This document shows, piece by piece, positions 50,050-58,635 of a stretch of 64,000 nt of DNA; positions within the stretch are counted from its first letter, which is position 1, and each line of letters begins with the position of its first letter. The notes below the pieces were generated by a model. The model did no database searches. It was not told the origin of the DNA and was given only the letters and a program-made list of their open reading frames with translations. The DNA is from a virus, in UHGV virus genome UHGV-0203063. One strand, 5' to 3'. The translations under genes were made by a program, and so were the position numbers.

Positions 50050-51081
50050 TTAAAATACGTAATGGAATATAATAAAGAATTCGCCCGTCAGGTTATTATA
50101 AGAGTTATTCTTTATACCAAACGTCGTACTAGAAGTGCCCATATTCGTTATTCTAAATTGGAAATTAGAACTTGCTCCAGCAACATCAACATAAGCGTTA
50201 TCAATTTCATATATAAAATCAGCAACATTATAAGTTCTCATAACCCTACGTCCGTCTTTATGCGATGTACCAATCGTAAAACTTGTAAAATTAGCGCGTA
50301 ACCCATAATTTATCGTCCAAGAAACCTCGGTCGCGTTAGAAATTTTTGTATGAGTCTGAAGTACGTAACGGTTAACCAAGCTTGACGGAGCAAGAAAAGT
50401 GGGAGCACTGGCACCCTTAGTAAACGTACAAAACGCTGTAGTCATATTGGTTTGGGCGTTAGAATAAAACTCGGGCGTACTTATAGGTGCGTAAATACTA
50501 CTATCTCCACTAAAATTCGAAAAAGCAGCATCATTGATTTTAGTCGGATTCTTCCAAACCCCGCTTCCAAATAAAAGCGCGGTGGTAGCGGTTCCAGTGG
50601 GAATATGTGCTAAAAGGCCTGCCGAAGCAGGAAGACTAAGATCGACGCCTGCCAGACCTCTAATCTTATTAGTATTAAATTTAGGTGTCATTTCGAACCT
50701 AATTAAGTTATTGGAAGAAGTGGAGAATGTGTCAACCCCAATAGCATTTCGACCACTGACTGTTAATTTGAACATATTGGTTCCGTAAACCTCATCAGCG
50801 TCACTTGTAATAGTAATAGGATAATTACCTTTTAAGTTTATATCGCCAACGGACCCCAACTTAATATAACCTTCGTCATTTGAAGTAGATAATTTGAGTT
50901 CCCCTGAGTTAATATTAATATTACTGGGTAAAATATCCAAAGTGCTGGTTACGCCTGTAGCTTCATATTTTAAATTAATACCGCTATTAGATAAAGTTAT
51001 ACTATTCCTTATTGTATCAGAACCAAAAGATCCATAAAGACCAGTAATTTTTATTTTATGTCCCGTGCCAACATTTAGCAA
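50050..51081 (-). CDS. fibre/receptor-binding-like domain; probably the frameshifted 3' part of the 51075-51776 gene
   Basis: TTG start with no RBS; frame open upstream to about 51170; Ser/Thr/Asn/Gly-rich, LPASAGLLA fibre motif. Confidence 0.55.
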   Translation of the reverse strand: MLNVGTGHKIKITGLYGSFGSDTIRNSITLSNSGINLKYEATGVTSTLDILPSNININSGELKLSTSNDEGYIKLGSVGDINLKGNYPITITSDADEVYGTNMFKLTVSGRNAIGVDTFSTSSNNLIRFEMTPKFNTNKIRGLAGVDLSLPASAGLLAHIPTGTATTALLFGSGVWKNPTKINDAAFSNFSGDSSIYAPISTPEFYSNAQTNMTTAFCTFTKGASAPTFLAPSSLVNRYVLQTHTKISNATEVSWTINYGLRANFTSFTIGTSHKDGRRVMRTYNVADFIYEIDNAYVDVAGASSNFQFRITNMGTSSTTFGIKNNSYNNLTGEFFIIFHYVF

Positions 51082-51776
51082 AATATCATTTGTCGGTTTA
51101 TATAACCAATCGTTATAGTCTTTTCCATCGAACCAGCGGGATAAGGCGCTCCATAAGGCGCTCCAATGCTGTCAAGCGGCTGTTCGCCTTGCGCGTAATA
51201 AACGTCGATTTTCACCTCGTTCTCGCCAGGTCCTAAAATCGTATACGCATAACTAAACGGCTGCTCTGTAAGCTCGCTATCGATTTGGTTTCCGCCAACA
51301 TCGTAACGATACGGTAAGCCAGCGCGTTTGCCACTCGTCCCATAAGCAGGGTTAATAAGTCCTCTGTTAAAAGTAAGAACCCCGTTAAGAGTATAGGCTG
51401 CCCCACACATTCCAAAATTCGCCCCGTTAAGCGTATAGCCAAACGACGGCGCCGTAAGTTCGGGATAAGACCGCTCCCCATACACCATCATCTTCAAAAT
51501 CGTTTTGAGAGAAAGCCCTGCAAGCTTCGTTCCAGCCGCAAGATTTCCCACCGATACTTGAGCGTTTGGTGCATCGTTTTCAAAATGTCCTTGATCATCA
51601 ATTTCTGTCTTGTTGTAATAAGTCGCTTCGGCTGCAGATTTATCGAGTTTCTTGTCGAGCTCCGCGTCAATATCCGACTTATCATAATAGTTGTTCAGAT
51701 CAAGGGCGTTGATTTTGGTAACGGCAGCGTCGATTTCTTCGCCCGTATACTCACTTCTATATTTTTTATCTACCAT
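51075..51776 (-). CDS. virion fibre-associated protein (N-terminal YTGEEID motif)
   Basis: SEYTGEEIDAAV, YY.K..ID repeats, Y.QGEQPLDS.G..Y..PYPAGS. Confidence 0.65.
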   Translation of the reverse strand: MVDKKYRSEYTGEEIDAAVTKINALDLNNYYDKSDIDAELDKKLDKSAAEATYYNKTEIDDQGHFENDAPNAQVSVGNLAAGTKLAGLSLKTILKMMVYGERSYPELTAPSFGYTLNGANFGMCGAAYTLNGVLTFNRGLINPAYGTSGKRAGLPYRYDVGGNQIDSELTEQPFSYAYTILGPGENEVKIDVYYAQGEQPLDSIGAPYGAPYPAGSMEKTITIGYINRQMIFC

Positions 51777-51802
51777 AATTGCCCTCGATTAATACCAACG
51801 CT
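51773..51802. repeat. 30-bp perfect direct repeat B, copy 1 (contains RBS and ATG)
   Basis: CCATAATTGCCCTCGATTAATACCAACGCT, identical to 52761-52790. Confidence 0.95.
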
Positions 51803-51831
51803 CAAGTTTGGTATTTTAATTTTTATTTATT

Positions 51832-52764
51832 TTATATATTTACAATTCCAGTTACCGAATAAGCTAAATCTTGCATAGTGAAAACAAGTTCACCGCTAAC
51901 TGGATTTATATTTTTATAAGCCTTCGTCCCATCGTCCCCATTTCTTATGTAAAGCGACAAAACTCCATTTGCGTTCCCTTCTATTCTACTTTCGTAATAA
52001 AGCGAATCAAATACGATTTGGTATTGGAAGCCAGACGCTGGGGTCCCTTTGTTAATCCTATCTATGCAAAAAACGGGTTTACTTTGAGGAACTGAATAAT
52101 CTTGTCCTTCTTCTTGAAAATGCTTTAACGTCCAACCAGTATATCCACTCACCGTTAGAAAACTCGCGTCGTAAACCCCCATCGACGGATATGTGGTTTC
52201 ATGATACTCTTGACAAAATTTCAAAAAATTATTTCCGTAAGAAGAACTGTTATTAACACAAGCGATTGATACCCTCGTATCCGATTTATTATCTTTTATA
52301 AGAATTGAATGAGAGATTAACGATTGCGGATACTTAAAGGCAGACACCATAATTGCACCATCTTTGATGGTTTGAGCTAATGTGCTTTCTTTCACTATTT
52401 TCCCATCGCTCTCTAAAATATCATCAATCGCCACACCTCTTATCGTCCCGCTAACATTGTCAGCGCTTAACGCCTTATCAACCAGAAAAGACTGCCCCCT
52501 TGCGCGAGCATTACTTATCGCGTCGGTCATTTTCTCCCATTTTAAGCCACCATCTGCCGAAGTGCTATCAGAGACTAAAACGCTGTAATTTTCTGTAGGC
52601 GGAGTTATCGCAATTGTTTCAGCGCAAGAAGTGCCGTCGAATTCCTGCGAATTGCCCGTTCCTACGTATAACGCGCCCTTTTGGGCGAGCGTGTTTCTGT
52701 TTTCTATTAAATTACGCACGACATCGGAACGGAGATTGTCGGGTATTGTATTTTTATTATCCAT
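51832..52764 (-). CDS. fibre/adhesin-like protein, paralog of 52790-54109
   Basis: N-terminal PDNLRSD...N.L...G..YVGTG shared; V.GTI.G..I..I repeat. Confidence 0.7.
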   Translation of the reverse strand: MDNKNTIPDNLRSDVVRNLIENRNTLAQKGALYVGTGNSQEFDGTSCAETIAITPPTENYSVLVSDSTSADGGLKWEKMTDAISNARARGQSFLVDKALSADNVSGTIRGVAIDDILESDGKIVKESTLAQTIKDGAIMVSAFKYPQSLISHSILIKDNKSDTRVSIACVNNSSSYGNNFLKFCQEYHETTYPSMGVYDASFLTVSGYTGWTLKHFQEEGQDYSVPQSKPVFCIDRINKGTPASGFQYQIVFDSLYYESRIEGNANGVLSLYIRNGDDGTKAYKNINPVSGELVFTMQDLAYSVTGIVNI

Positions 52765-52790
52765 AATTGCCCTCGATTAATACCAACGCT
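52761..52790. repeat. 30-bp perfect direct repeat B, copy 2
   Basis: identical to 51773-51802; 988 bp apart. Confidence 0.95.
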
Positions 52791-54109
52791 TAGGTAGACT
52801 CTAAATTTCCGATAAACTGAACCATCACATATGGAAAAGTATACTTGTAATGATTATTTTCATCTTTATCATCGGGTCCCTTAATCAAGACCCCTTGACC
52901 ACCCACAGATATAGTGTAGACTTTATTGTAGACACCCACAACATCAAAAAAACGTTTTGTTTGATCGGATGAAGATAATAAATGATGATTTACAGTTCCC
53001 TGAACAACTTTAATATCTTCAATATTATTTGATACAATAACCGCCCCACCGCCCGTTGTAGGGGTTTCAGTGACCTTATTAGATACGGTTGGGAAAGTAA
53101 TCAACAACCATTGTTCGCCATTATTATATTGTGAAATATCCTTATAAGGTATAAGAATCTGATTATTGGTACTACTCCAACCTCTACCTGCATAATACTT
53201 TATAGCACATTTACCAGGGAATCCATTAAGAAGGTAAACGGGAGTATAAGGATCCCCTACCGTCGTTGTGAGACTTTCAGCTTTTTTTACTGTCGCCGTT
53301 TCCCCTACAAATATTTCATTAATATTTCTTCCGCCAATAGTTCCAGTAACATTGGTTGCATTGGTTGCGTTTTTTGCCGTTTTCTTATCGCTTTCAAAAA
53401 TATCCGTGCTCAAAACCCCATTAATCTTCGTCGCGTTTACGCGCCCGTCACTACCGACGATTTGGGTGGCACAAAATTGAAGAGAATTTTCAACTAAATT
53501 TACGCCTTTGCCGATTTGAACCGCATTAGGAGCTTGTACTTGAGCCGAACCCCCAAGAGCTATGCCAGAAACAGCTGTGGAAGTAGCTGAAGCAGAGCCA
53601 ATTACTATGCCCGATTCAGCTTTATTATCTGCGTTGTCGCCTATGGTAACAACATTAGTCCCAGTAGAAACGGCATTTCGGCCAATTGTGATGCCGCCCG
53701 CAAGTGAGCTGGCTTTATCACCAATGATTACGGCATATTCATTAGATATGGGAGTTTTTGCCCCATTTCCGATTAAAATATTGTTATTGCCTATAATTGA
53801 GATATCTTTACCAATCCCGATATTATTAGAATAACCGCTAAGATCTGAATTAGTTAAACCAATATTATTTTTCCCGCCAACTCTAAAAATATCTTCGTTA
53901 AGCGCCTTTTGTATATTTTTACCTTCGGTAACATAAATTTCTTTCGACACGCCAGCTTCGTCGTTCGTTATCTTCGTGCCCGTTCCGACATAAATGTCGC
54001 CTGCATTTTTTAGTTGATTTTTATATTCAAGGCTCGCACGGGCGGTATCAGACCGTAAATTATCGGGCATTACCGAACCCTGCGTAACCAAATTATCAAT
54101 TGTTGCCAT
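52790..54109 (-). CDS. fibre/adhesin with YadA-head-like beta-roll repeats
   Basis: about eight 14-aa repeats of type N.I.IG..A; PDNLRSD N-terminus. Confidence 0.75.
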   Translation of the reverse strand: MATIDNLVTQGSVMPDNLRSDTARASLEYKNQLKNAGDIYVGTGTKITNDEAGVSKEIYVTEGKNIQKALNEDIFRVGGKNNIGLTNSDLSGYSNNIGIGKDISIIGNNNILIGNGAKTPISNEYAVIIGDKASSLAGGITIGRNAVSTGTNVVTIGDNADNKAESGIVIGSASATSTAVSGIALGGSAQVQAPNAVQIGKGVNLVENSLQFCATQIVGSDGRVNATKINGVLSTDIFESDKKTAKNATNATNVTGTIGGRNINEIFVGETATVKKAESLTTTVGDPYTPVYLLNGFPGKCAIKYYAGRGWSSTNNQILIPYKDISQYNNGEQWLLITFPTVSNKVTETPTTGGGAVIVSNNIEDIKVVQGTVNHHLLSSSDQTKRFFDVVGVYNKVYTISVGGQGVLIKGPDDKDENNHYKYTFPYVMVQFIGNLEST

Positions 54110-55133
54110 CTTCTACCTCCGTATCTATCTTTGTCCCGTCTGTTAATTTCGAGAAAAATCCATCTAATTCTTCGCTCTCGGTTCGGTCATCATAAACCGC
54201 GACTAAATCCGAGCTACTCCACGACTGAATTTTCTGAATTACATCGGTCGGGTAATTTTGTCTTTTTAGATAAGTCGTAAACGAGTGTCGAAGGCTATGA
54301 CAATACAATGAATCTACACCTATAATTTCGCCTATTTTAACCACCCAATGCGAAAAGTTTTGCGCTTTCGCAGGTTGGTAATCCTCGTAACCACCTTTTA
54401 TGACGAATAAATCGTCTATTTTTATATTAAGTTTTTCGCGTTCTTTAAGCCACAAATCGAGATATTTGTCAAAAGTCTCCTTAAACACGTATCTCGGGAC
54501 TTGCTTGCCCATTGCTCCACGCCCTTTTGTTCTGATTTTAGGCGTCATATAAGCCAAACCGTTAAATACGATTGTTTGATTAGTCGTAAAAAATGAAACC
54601 TTCATTTGCGCCGCTTCCGACTTTCTCATTCCAGACGAAAAAAGAAGTGCTAAAAAACACGCGTATTGATATTCGCCCAACGAAACTAATCGCTCTATTC
54701 CCGCAATTATGTCGTCTTTGTCGATAACCGTCTTTTCACGCACGGGTTCGAGATGAATTGGTTCCAAAACCTTTATAAGATTTCTGAACGTCGGGTAATC
54801 CTCGTCGAGTATTCTCTCGATATAATTACTAAACGAACTTAAAGCCGCTCGGAGCGAGGCGAGCCGACACGGACTCCATCCGATCTCTCGCCCCCAACCG
54901 AAAAAGTTGATAAAATCGCGTTTCTTCACGTCGACGAAAAATTTGTCGTCATTTTCGCGATAATTCCAACAAAAGAAAATTTTTAACTGCGACTCGTATT
55001 GAGCCCTCGTCTGCGGGCTTTTATCATTCGCCACACAATAACGAATAAACTCTTTGAGTAATTTTTGATTTTTAGGATTTATGACCTGCCATTCTTTTGA
55101 CAGATCTTCGTTATAAACTGTTTTTCTTGCCAT
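54096..55133 (-). CDS. tyrosine recombinase (XerC/D-like)
   Basis: start MARKT after GGAGGA; catalytic R (SGMRKSE), K (TKG), HSLRH, W in place of second H (QSWSS), Y (AVYD). Confidence 0.9.
   Translation of the reverse strand: MARKTVYNEDLSKEWQVINPKNQKLLKEFIRYCVANDKSPQTRAQYESQLKIFFCWNYRENDDKFFVDVKKRDFINFFGWGREIGWSPCRLASLRAALSSFSNYIERILDEDYPTFRNLIKVLEPIHLEPVREKTVIDKDDIIAGIERLVSLGEYQYACFLALLFSSGMRKSEAAQMKVSFFTTNQTIVFNGLAYMTPKIRTKGRGAMGKQVPRYVFKETFDKYLDLWLKEREKLNIKIDDLFVIKGGYEDYQPAKAQNFSHWVVKIGEIIGVDSLYCHSLRHSFTTYLKRQNYPTDVIQKIQSWSSSDLVAVYDDRTESEELDGFFSKLTDGTKIDTEVEDGNN
54104..54128. repeat. 25-bp direct repeat A, copy 1 (RBS+ATG; inside recombinase 3' end)
   Basis: TGCCATCTTCTACCTCCGTATCTAT, 23/25 identical to 56302-56326 with a 15-bp exact core. 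Confidence 0.8.
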
Positions 55134-55188
55134 AAGGCAGATCCTCCTTTTTAGTCTGATTAACTTCAAATTCTTTTTGCCGCGTCCA

Positions 55189-56307
55189 TTAAATTGCCTC
55201 AAAATTATCGGAATCTATTTTAATATACTCAACAGACGGAAGTGCTCCTCCAGCAGCAATTCCGAAATATCCTGGAGGTCCTGCTTGATTGGTATATGTA
55301 ATCAATCTGTCAAAAGTAACTGTTCCTGTATTATTGTCTAATACTGAACTTATAGCTCCAATTAAACACGTGTCATTTGCTAAAACATATTCAGTAGTCA
55401 TAGCGTCACTTTTAGATGAATAAGCTGCTATGCTATATTCTTTATCATTATTAAAATTAGAACATTTTAATAAGTGTCTGTAAATCTTTCCACCGCTCGA
55501 TAAATCACCACTATCTACTTCATAAACAATTTTATCGGCAAAGTTAGACCAACCAGTTGCAGCTTTGTACGCGCTTACTGCAGACTTTGGAACAATGATT
55601 TTTTCTATCGTATCAGGAAAAGCATTTGCACCCAGAGTCGGTGGAGTCATACTGTTAAAGGTAACTTTTTTCAAACTAGTACACGATTGGAAGGCCCTAT
55701 CCTGAATTTCAGTTAACGACGCTGGGAAATTAATGTCATCTAATCTGTTGCAACCATCAAATGCGGCAACTTCAATTGTACGTATTTTATTACCTTGAAA
55801 TACTATTTTTTCAAAATTACACTGATAAAACGCTTGATTCTCAATATCATACAAGGTGTTTGGGAAATAAATGTTTTGAATATTAGTTGTATTTTCTAAA
55901 GCATGTGTCCTTAATTTAGTAGATACCGATTGGTCAAATAATACTTTAACTATATGATGGCTAATCCCATCCGTATAGGTATGTGTGTTACTAAGTTCGG
56001 TACTTCCATCACCCCAATCAATAGAGATCGCTTGCCCTACAAAACTAGCCCCACCCAAATTAGTTCCTGTGACTTCTAGGTACATATATTGAGGGCGTTT
56101 ATATATATTTTCATTTATCTTAGCTCCGAGGAGATTTAAGTCGCTTTGCGTTACATCTCCCCCACCAATTTGCGATAGAGGTTTATAGCTCGACGCACCA
56201 GTAGAGTCAACCACTATAACACTATCCTCAGTTGGGTTTGTATTCGGAATTATCCCAACCGCAGAATCGACTCTGTTACCAGTGTATTTAGATAGATATT
56301 CTGCCAT
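55189..56307 (-). CDS. virion-associated protein with BspA-type leucine-rich repeats
   Basis: MAEYLSKYTG N-terminus paralogous to the 48157 gene; PKD-like IDWGDG; I...AF..C..L..I.FP repeats; I.VP..AV.AYK.A..WS cap. Confidence 0.8.
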   Translation of the reverse strand: MAEYLSKYTGNRVDSAVGIIPNTNPTEDSVIVVDSTGASSYKPLSQIGGGDVTQSDLNLLGAKINENIYKRPQYMYLEVTGTNLGGASFVGQAISIDWGDGSTELSNTHTYTDGISHHIVKVLFDQSVSTKLRTHALENTTNIQNIYFPNTLYDIENQAFYQCNFEKIVFQGNKIRTIEVAAFDGCNRLDDINFPASLTEIQDRAFQSCTSLKKVTFNSMTPPTLGANAFPDTIEKIIVPKSAVSAYKAATGWSNFADKIVYEVDSGDLSSGGKIYRHLLKCSNFNNDKEYSIAAYSSKSDAMTTEYVLANDTCLIGAISSVLDNNTGTVTFDRLITYTNQAGPPGYFGIAAGGALPSVEYIKIDSDNFEAI

Positions 56308-56326
56308 ATTTTACCTCCGTATCTAT
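56302..56326. repeat. 25-bp direct repeat A, copy 2
   Basis: TGCCATATTTTACCTCCGTATCTAT; 2198 bp from copy 1. Confidence 0.8.
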
Positions 56327-56406
56327 TAAACCGCCATAATTTATGCGATTATTTAATTTAAATTAATTGAATATTTTTTTATTAGACGCGCCTTTAAGCG
56401 CAGGCT

Positions 56407-57309
56407 TTAAGCCTGCGCGGGCGCTTCATAAGTTCCTACAACACCAGCGATGATCACGCCTTTCTTGATGTTTTCGGGAAGTAAAGTAGCGGGTTTCGTT
56501 ATCGTAACCTTCGAGAAATTCTTACCAGCAGTCGGCGTCAAAACCTGATTGCCATCCGCAAGAGCCAACTCAACCGTCTTTTCTTCGGTCGGAGTCGCAG
56601 GAACGTTAACCGTCACTTTGCTCAAACCTTGGAAACCGCTGTCGGGCGTAACCTCGCCGTTTGCCGTGACGCTCTTTTCTTGGAGTTTCGGCTGAACGTT
56701 TACCGTAACCTTACTCAAACCTTCATACGCAGCATCAGGAGTTACTTCACCGTTAGCAGTCGCGGTCTTTTCCTGTAATTTAGGTTGAACGTTTACCGTC
56801 GCGCTCGCTTTCCCCGATACATCGTGAGTACCGTTAACCGTAATTCCCACCACGCCAGTCGGAATTACGTAGTTGTCAGGTATTTTCGCGACCGTTACTT
56901 TGGACAAACCATAATATCCTTCCTCGGGGGTAACAACCTGCTGTGCCTCCGTCGGGGTTGCCGATTTTTCCTGAAGTGCAGGTTGAACATTGACCACGAC
57001 TTGGCTATAACCGTCAAGGTTGGCATCTTTCGCAAGATAAGTTTTGTTTTCGGTAGCTTCGAGCGTGCCGACGACAGGTGCAACGTCTCCGCCAGCGATA
57101 TACGCGCCGTTCTGCAACACGTAATTCACCTTCGTGCCTTTCTCAACTATCGTGACAACGGACGTATCAAGCGGTATACCGTAATTCGTACCGTTACGAG
57201 TTATATACGGTTTATCCGTGGGAACGTCTTTGAGATCCTCGGCGGAATCCGCGAAAAAGTTAAGTATATATCTATCTCCCACCTGTTTAGCATAATCTAA
57301 GTAATACAT
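56407..57309 (-). CDS. repeat-containing structural protein
   Basis: several ~31-aa units LQEK..T.NGEVTPD..Y.GLSKVTVNV; ends L.PENIKKGV.I.GV.GTY. Confidence 0.75.
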   Translation of the reverse strand: MYYLDYAKQVGDRYILNFFADSAEDLKDVPTDKPYITRNGTNYGIPLDTSVVTIVEKGTKVNYVLQNGAYIAGGDVAPVVGTLEATENKTYLAKDANLDGYSQVVVNVQPALQEKSATPTEAQQVVTPEEGYYGLSKVTVAKIPDNYVIPTGVVGITVNGTHDVSGKASATVNVQPKLQEKTATANGEVTPDAAYEGLSKVTVNVQPKLQEKSVTANGEVTPDSGFQGLSKVTVNVPATPTEEKTVELALADGNQVLTPTAGKNFSKVTITKPATLLPENIKKGVIIAGVVGTYEAPAQA

Positions 57310-57428
57310 AATAAACCTCCTTATAATATTTAGAATTTTTTTATGTTATTATTCCTCTTTTCTTATCTTTTATCTCTCTTTTTTACTATTTTCGTTGAAT
57401 AAAAGTTTTGTTTTATTATACGATGGAT

Positions 57429-57475
57429 AAAAAAGAGACCGCGAACGTATCGCAATTAACACATTCAACGGTCTC
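57429..57475 (-). terminator. intrinsic terminator after tail-tube genes
   Basis: GAGACCG/CGGTCTC stem with extended inner pairing, followed by T6. Confidence 0.65.
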
Positions 57476-57484
57476 CATTTATTA

Positions 57485-57667
57485 TTATTTTTTATTCAGT
57501 TGTTCCGAGTTTTCGGCTTCTTCATAATATTTGCATTTTGATTTAGTGGCGGTAGACTTATAACATTTATCATTTGTACACCAATATTGATATGGACAAT
57601 TCCAGTTATCATATCTTCCACATTTTATAGATAGAGCACCACCTTTTACAATCGCAAATTTACACAT
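57485..57667 (-). CDS. small Cys-rich protein
   Basis: six Cys in 60 aa, directly after tail tube gene. Confidence 0.55.
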   Translation of the reverse strand: MCKFAIVKGGALSIKCGRYDNWNCPYQYWCTNDKCYKSTATKSKCKYYEEAENSEQLNKK

Positions 57668-57671
57668 GATT

Positions 57672-58529
57672 TTATTCTTTATCTAAAACAATAGAAATTT
57701 TAGCGTATTCGTTTTCTCCGTCGCAGGTGCAACCATAAGCAAGAGCCGAACCGTTTAAGGAAGTCGTAGCAGCAGAGCTCGGGTTCATCGTAAGATCAAC
57801 CGTACCATCAAGCTGGAATCTCGGAATTTCGATAACAAATTTACCAACCTTTTTACCTTTAGATTTCTGACAGCCATTACCAGCAAAAATCTTACCATAA
57901 AGATAAAGACTGAATTCCTGCGGAGCATAGGCCGCATTTACTATGATTTGCTCACAGTTGGTAGCTTCTACAGGATAGGTAATACAAATGCTATCTCCCT
58001 CTTTAAGCTTGGTTGCATCAACAGCTTCCAAAGTATAAGAAGCGGGCGTGCCTTCGGTTTTGTCAGGAGTAGCGGTAAATGTATACATCTTATCGTTACA
58101 ATCTTTACCCCAAACTATTAAAGAACTCGTGGATGCACAGAAACCATTGTTATTTTTGAACATCGGCGTAATAGTATTGCCTCCAAGATCGGTTGCAACA
58201 GTAAGAGTTAAAGCACCTTCGGCACCAGCTTTTATGGTTGCATATTTAAGGTCAAAGGTTTCGCCTTGATCTATACTTGTACCAATTTGAGCAGCGAGAT
58301 AGTCAAGAGACCACATAGCTTCAGTAAGATTTACACCAAAGTTAGAATCGTGGAATATTTTACCAAGCAACTGGTTTCCCCAACCACCACGAATTTCTTC
58401 GGCGGTCGTCGAAATATTTATGGTACTGTCGGTCATAGTATTAGCGTCGAAATAGTGAACGAACTTACCGTCTTTGTTAACGGTAAAAGCTTCCGCCCTC
58501 ATGACATCGCCAAGAATATAATTAGCCAT
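57672..58529 (-). CDS. major tail (tube) protein
   Basis: start MANYIL; T.TDS.I.......EIRGG.GN.L....HDS and IEIPRFQLDG...L motifs of SPbeta-like tail tubes. Confidence 0.75.
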   Translation of the reverse strand: MANYILGDVMRAEAFTVNKDGKFVHYFDANTMTDSTINISTTAEEIRGGWGNQLLGKIFHDSNFGVNLTEAMWSLDYLAAQIGTSIDQGETFDLKYATIKAGAEGALTLTVATDLGGNTITPMFKNNNGFCASTSSLIVWGKDCNDKMYTFTATPDKTEGTPASYTLEAVDATKLKEGDSICITYPVEATNCEQIIVNAAYAPQEFSLYLYGKIFAGNGCQKSKGKKVGKFVIEIPRFQLDGTVDLTMNPSSAATTSLNGSALAYGCTCDGENEYAKISIVLDKE

Positions 58530-58635
58530 ATTGATTTTCTCCTTTTTTAATTTATATAAATTTATATATATTAAAATCAAGCAATAAAAAAACGCAGCGG
58601 ATTAACCACGTTTTTAAAGCCATAATTTTTGTAAA

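Noticed and set aside
51150..51180. GCTTGACA resembling the early-promoter -35
   Set aside because: It is inside a coding region with no -10 at 16-18 nt spacing.
56353..56420. Palindromes TTAATTTAAATTAA and GCGCAGGCTT-T-AAGCCTGCGC as recombinase sites
   Set aside because: Each occurs once. The first is expected in AT-rich DNA and the second is more simply an mRNA hairpin at a stop codon.
45520..57309. Invertible shufflon or diversity-generating retroelement acting on fibre genes
   Set aside because: All genes are co-oriented, I found no inverted crossover pairs, and there is no reverse transcriptase or adenine-variable TR/VR pair in the window.
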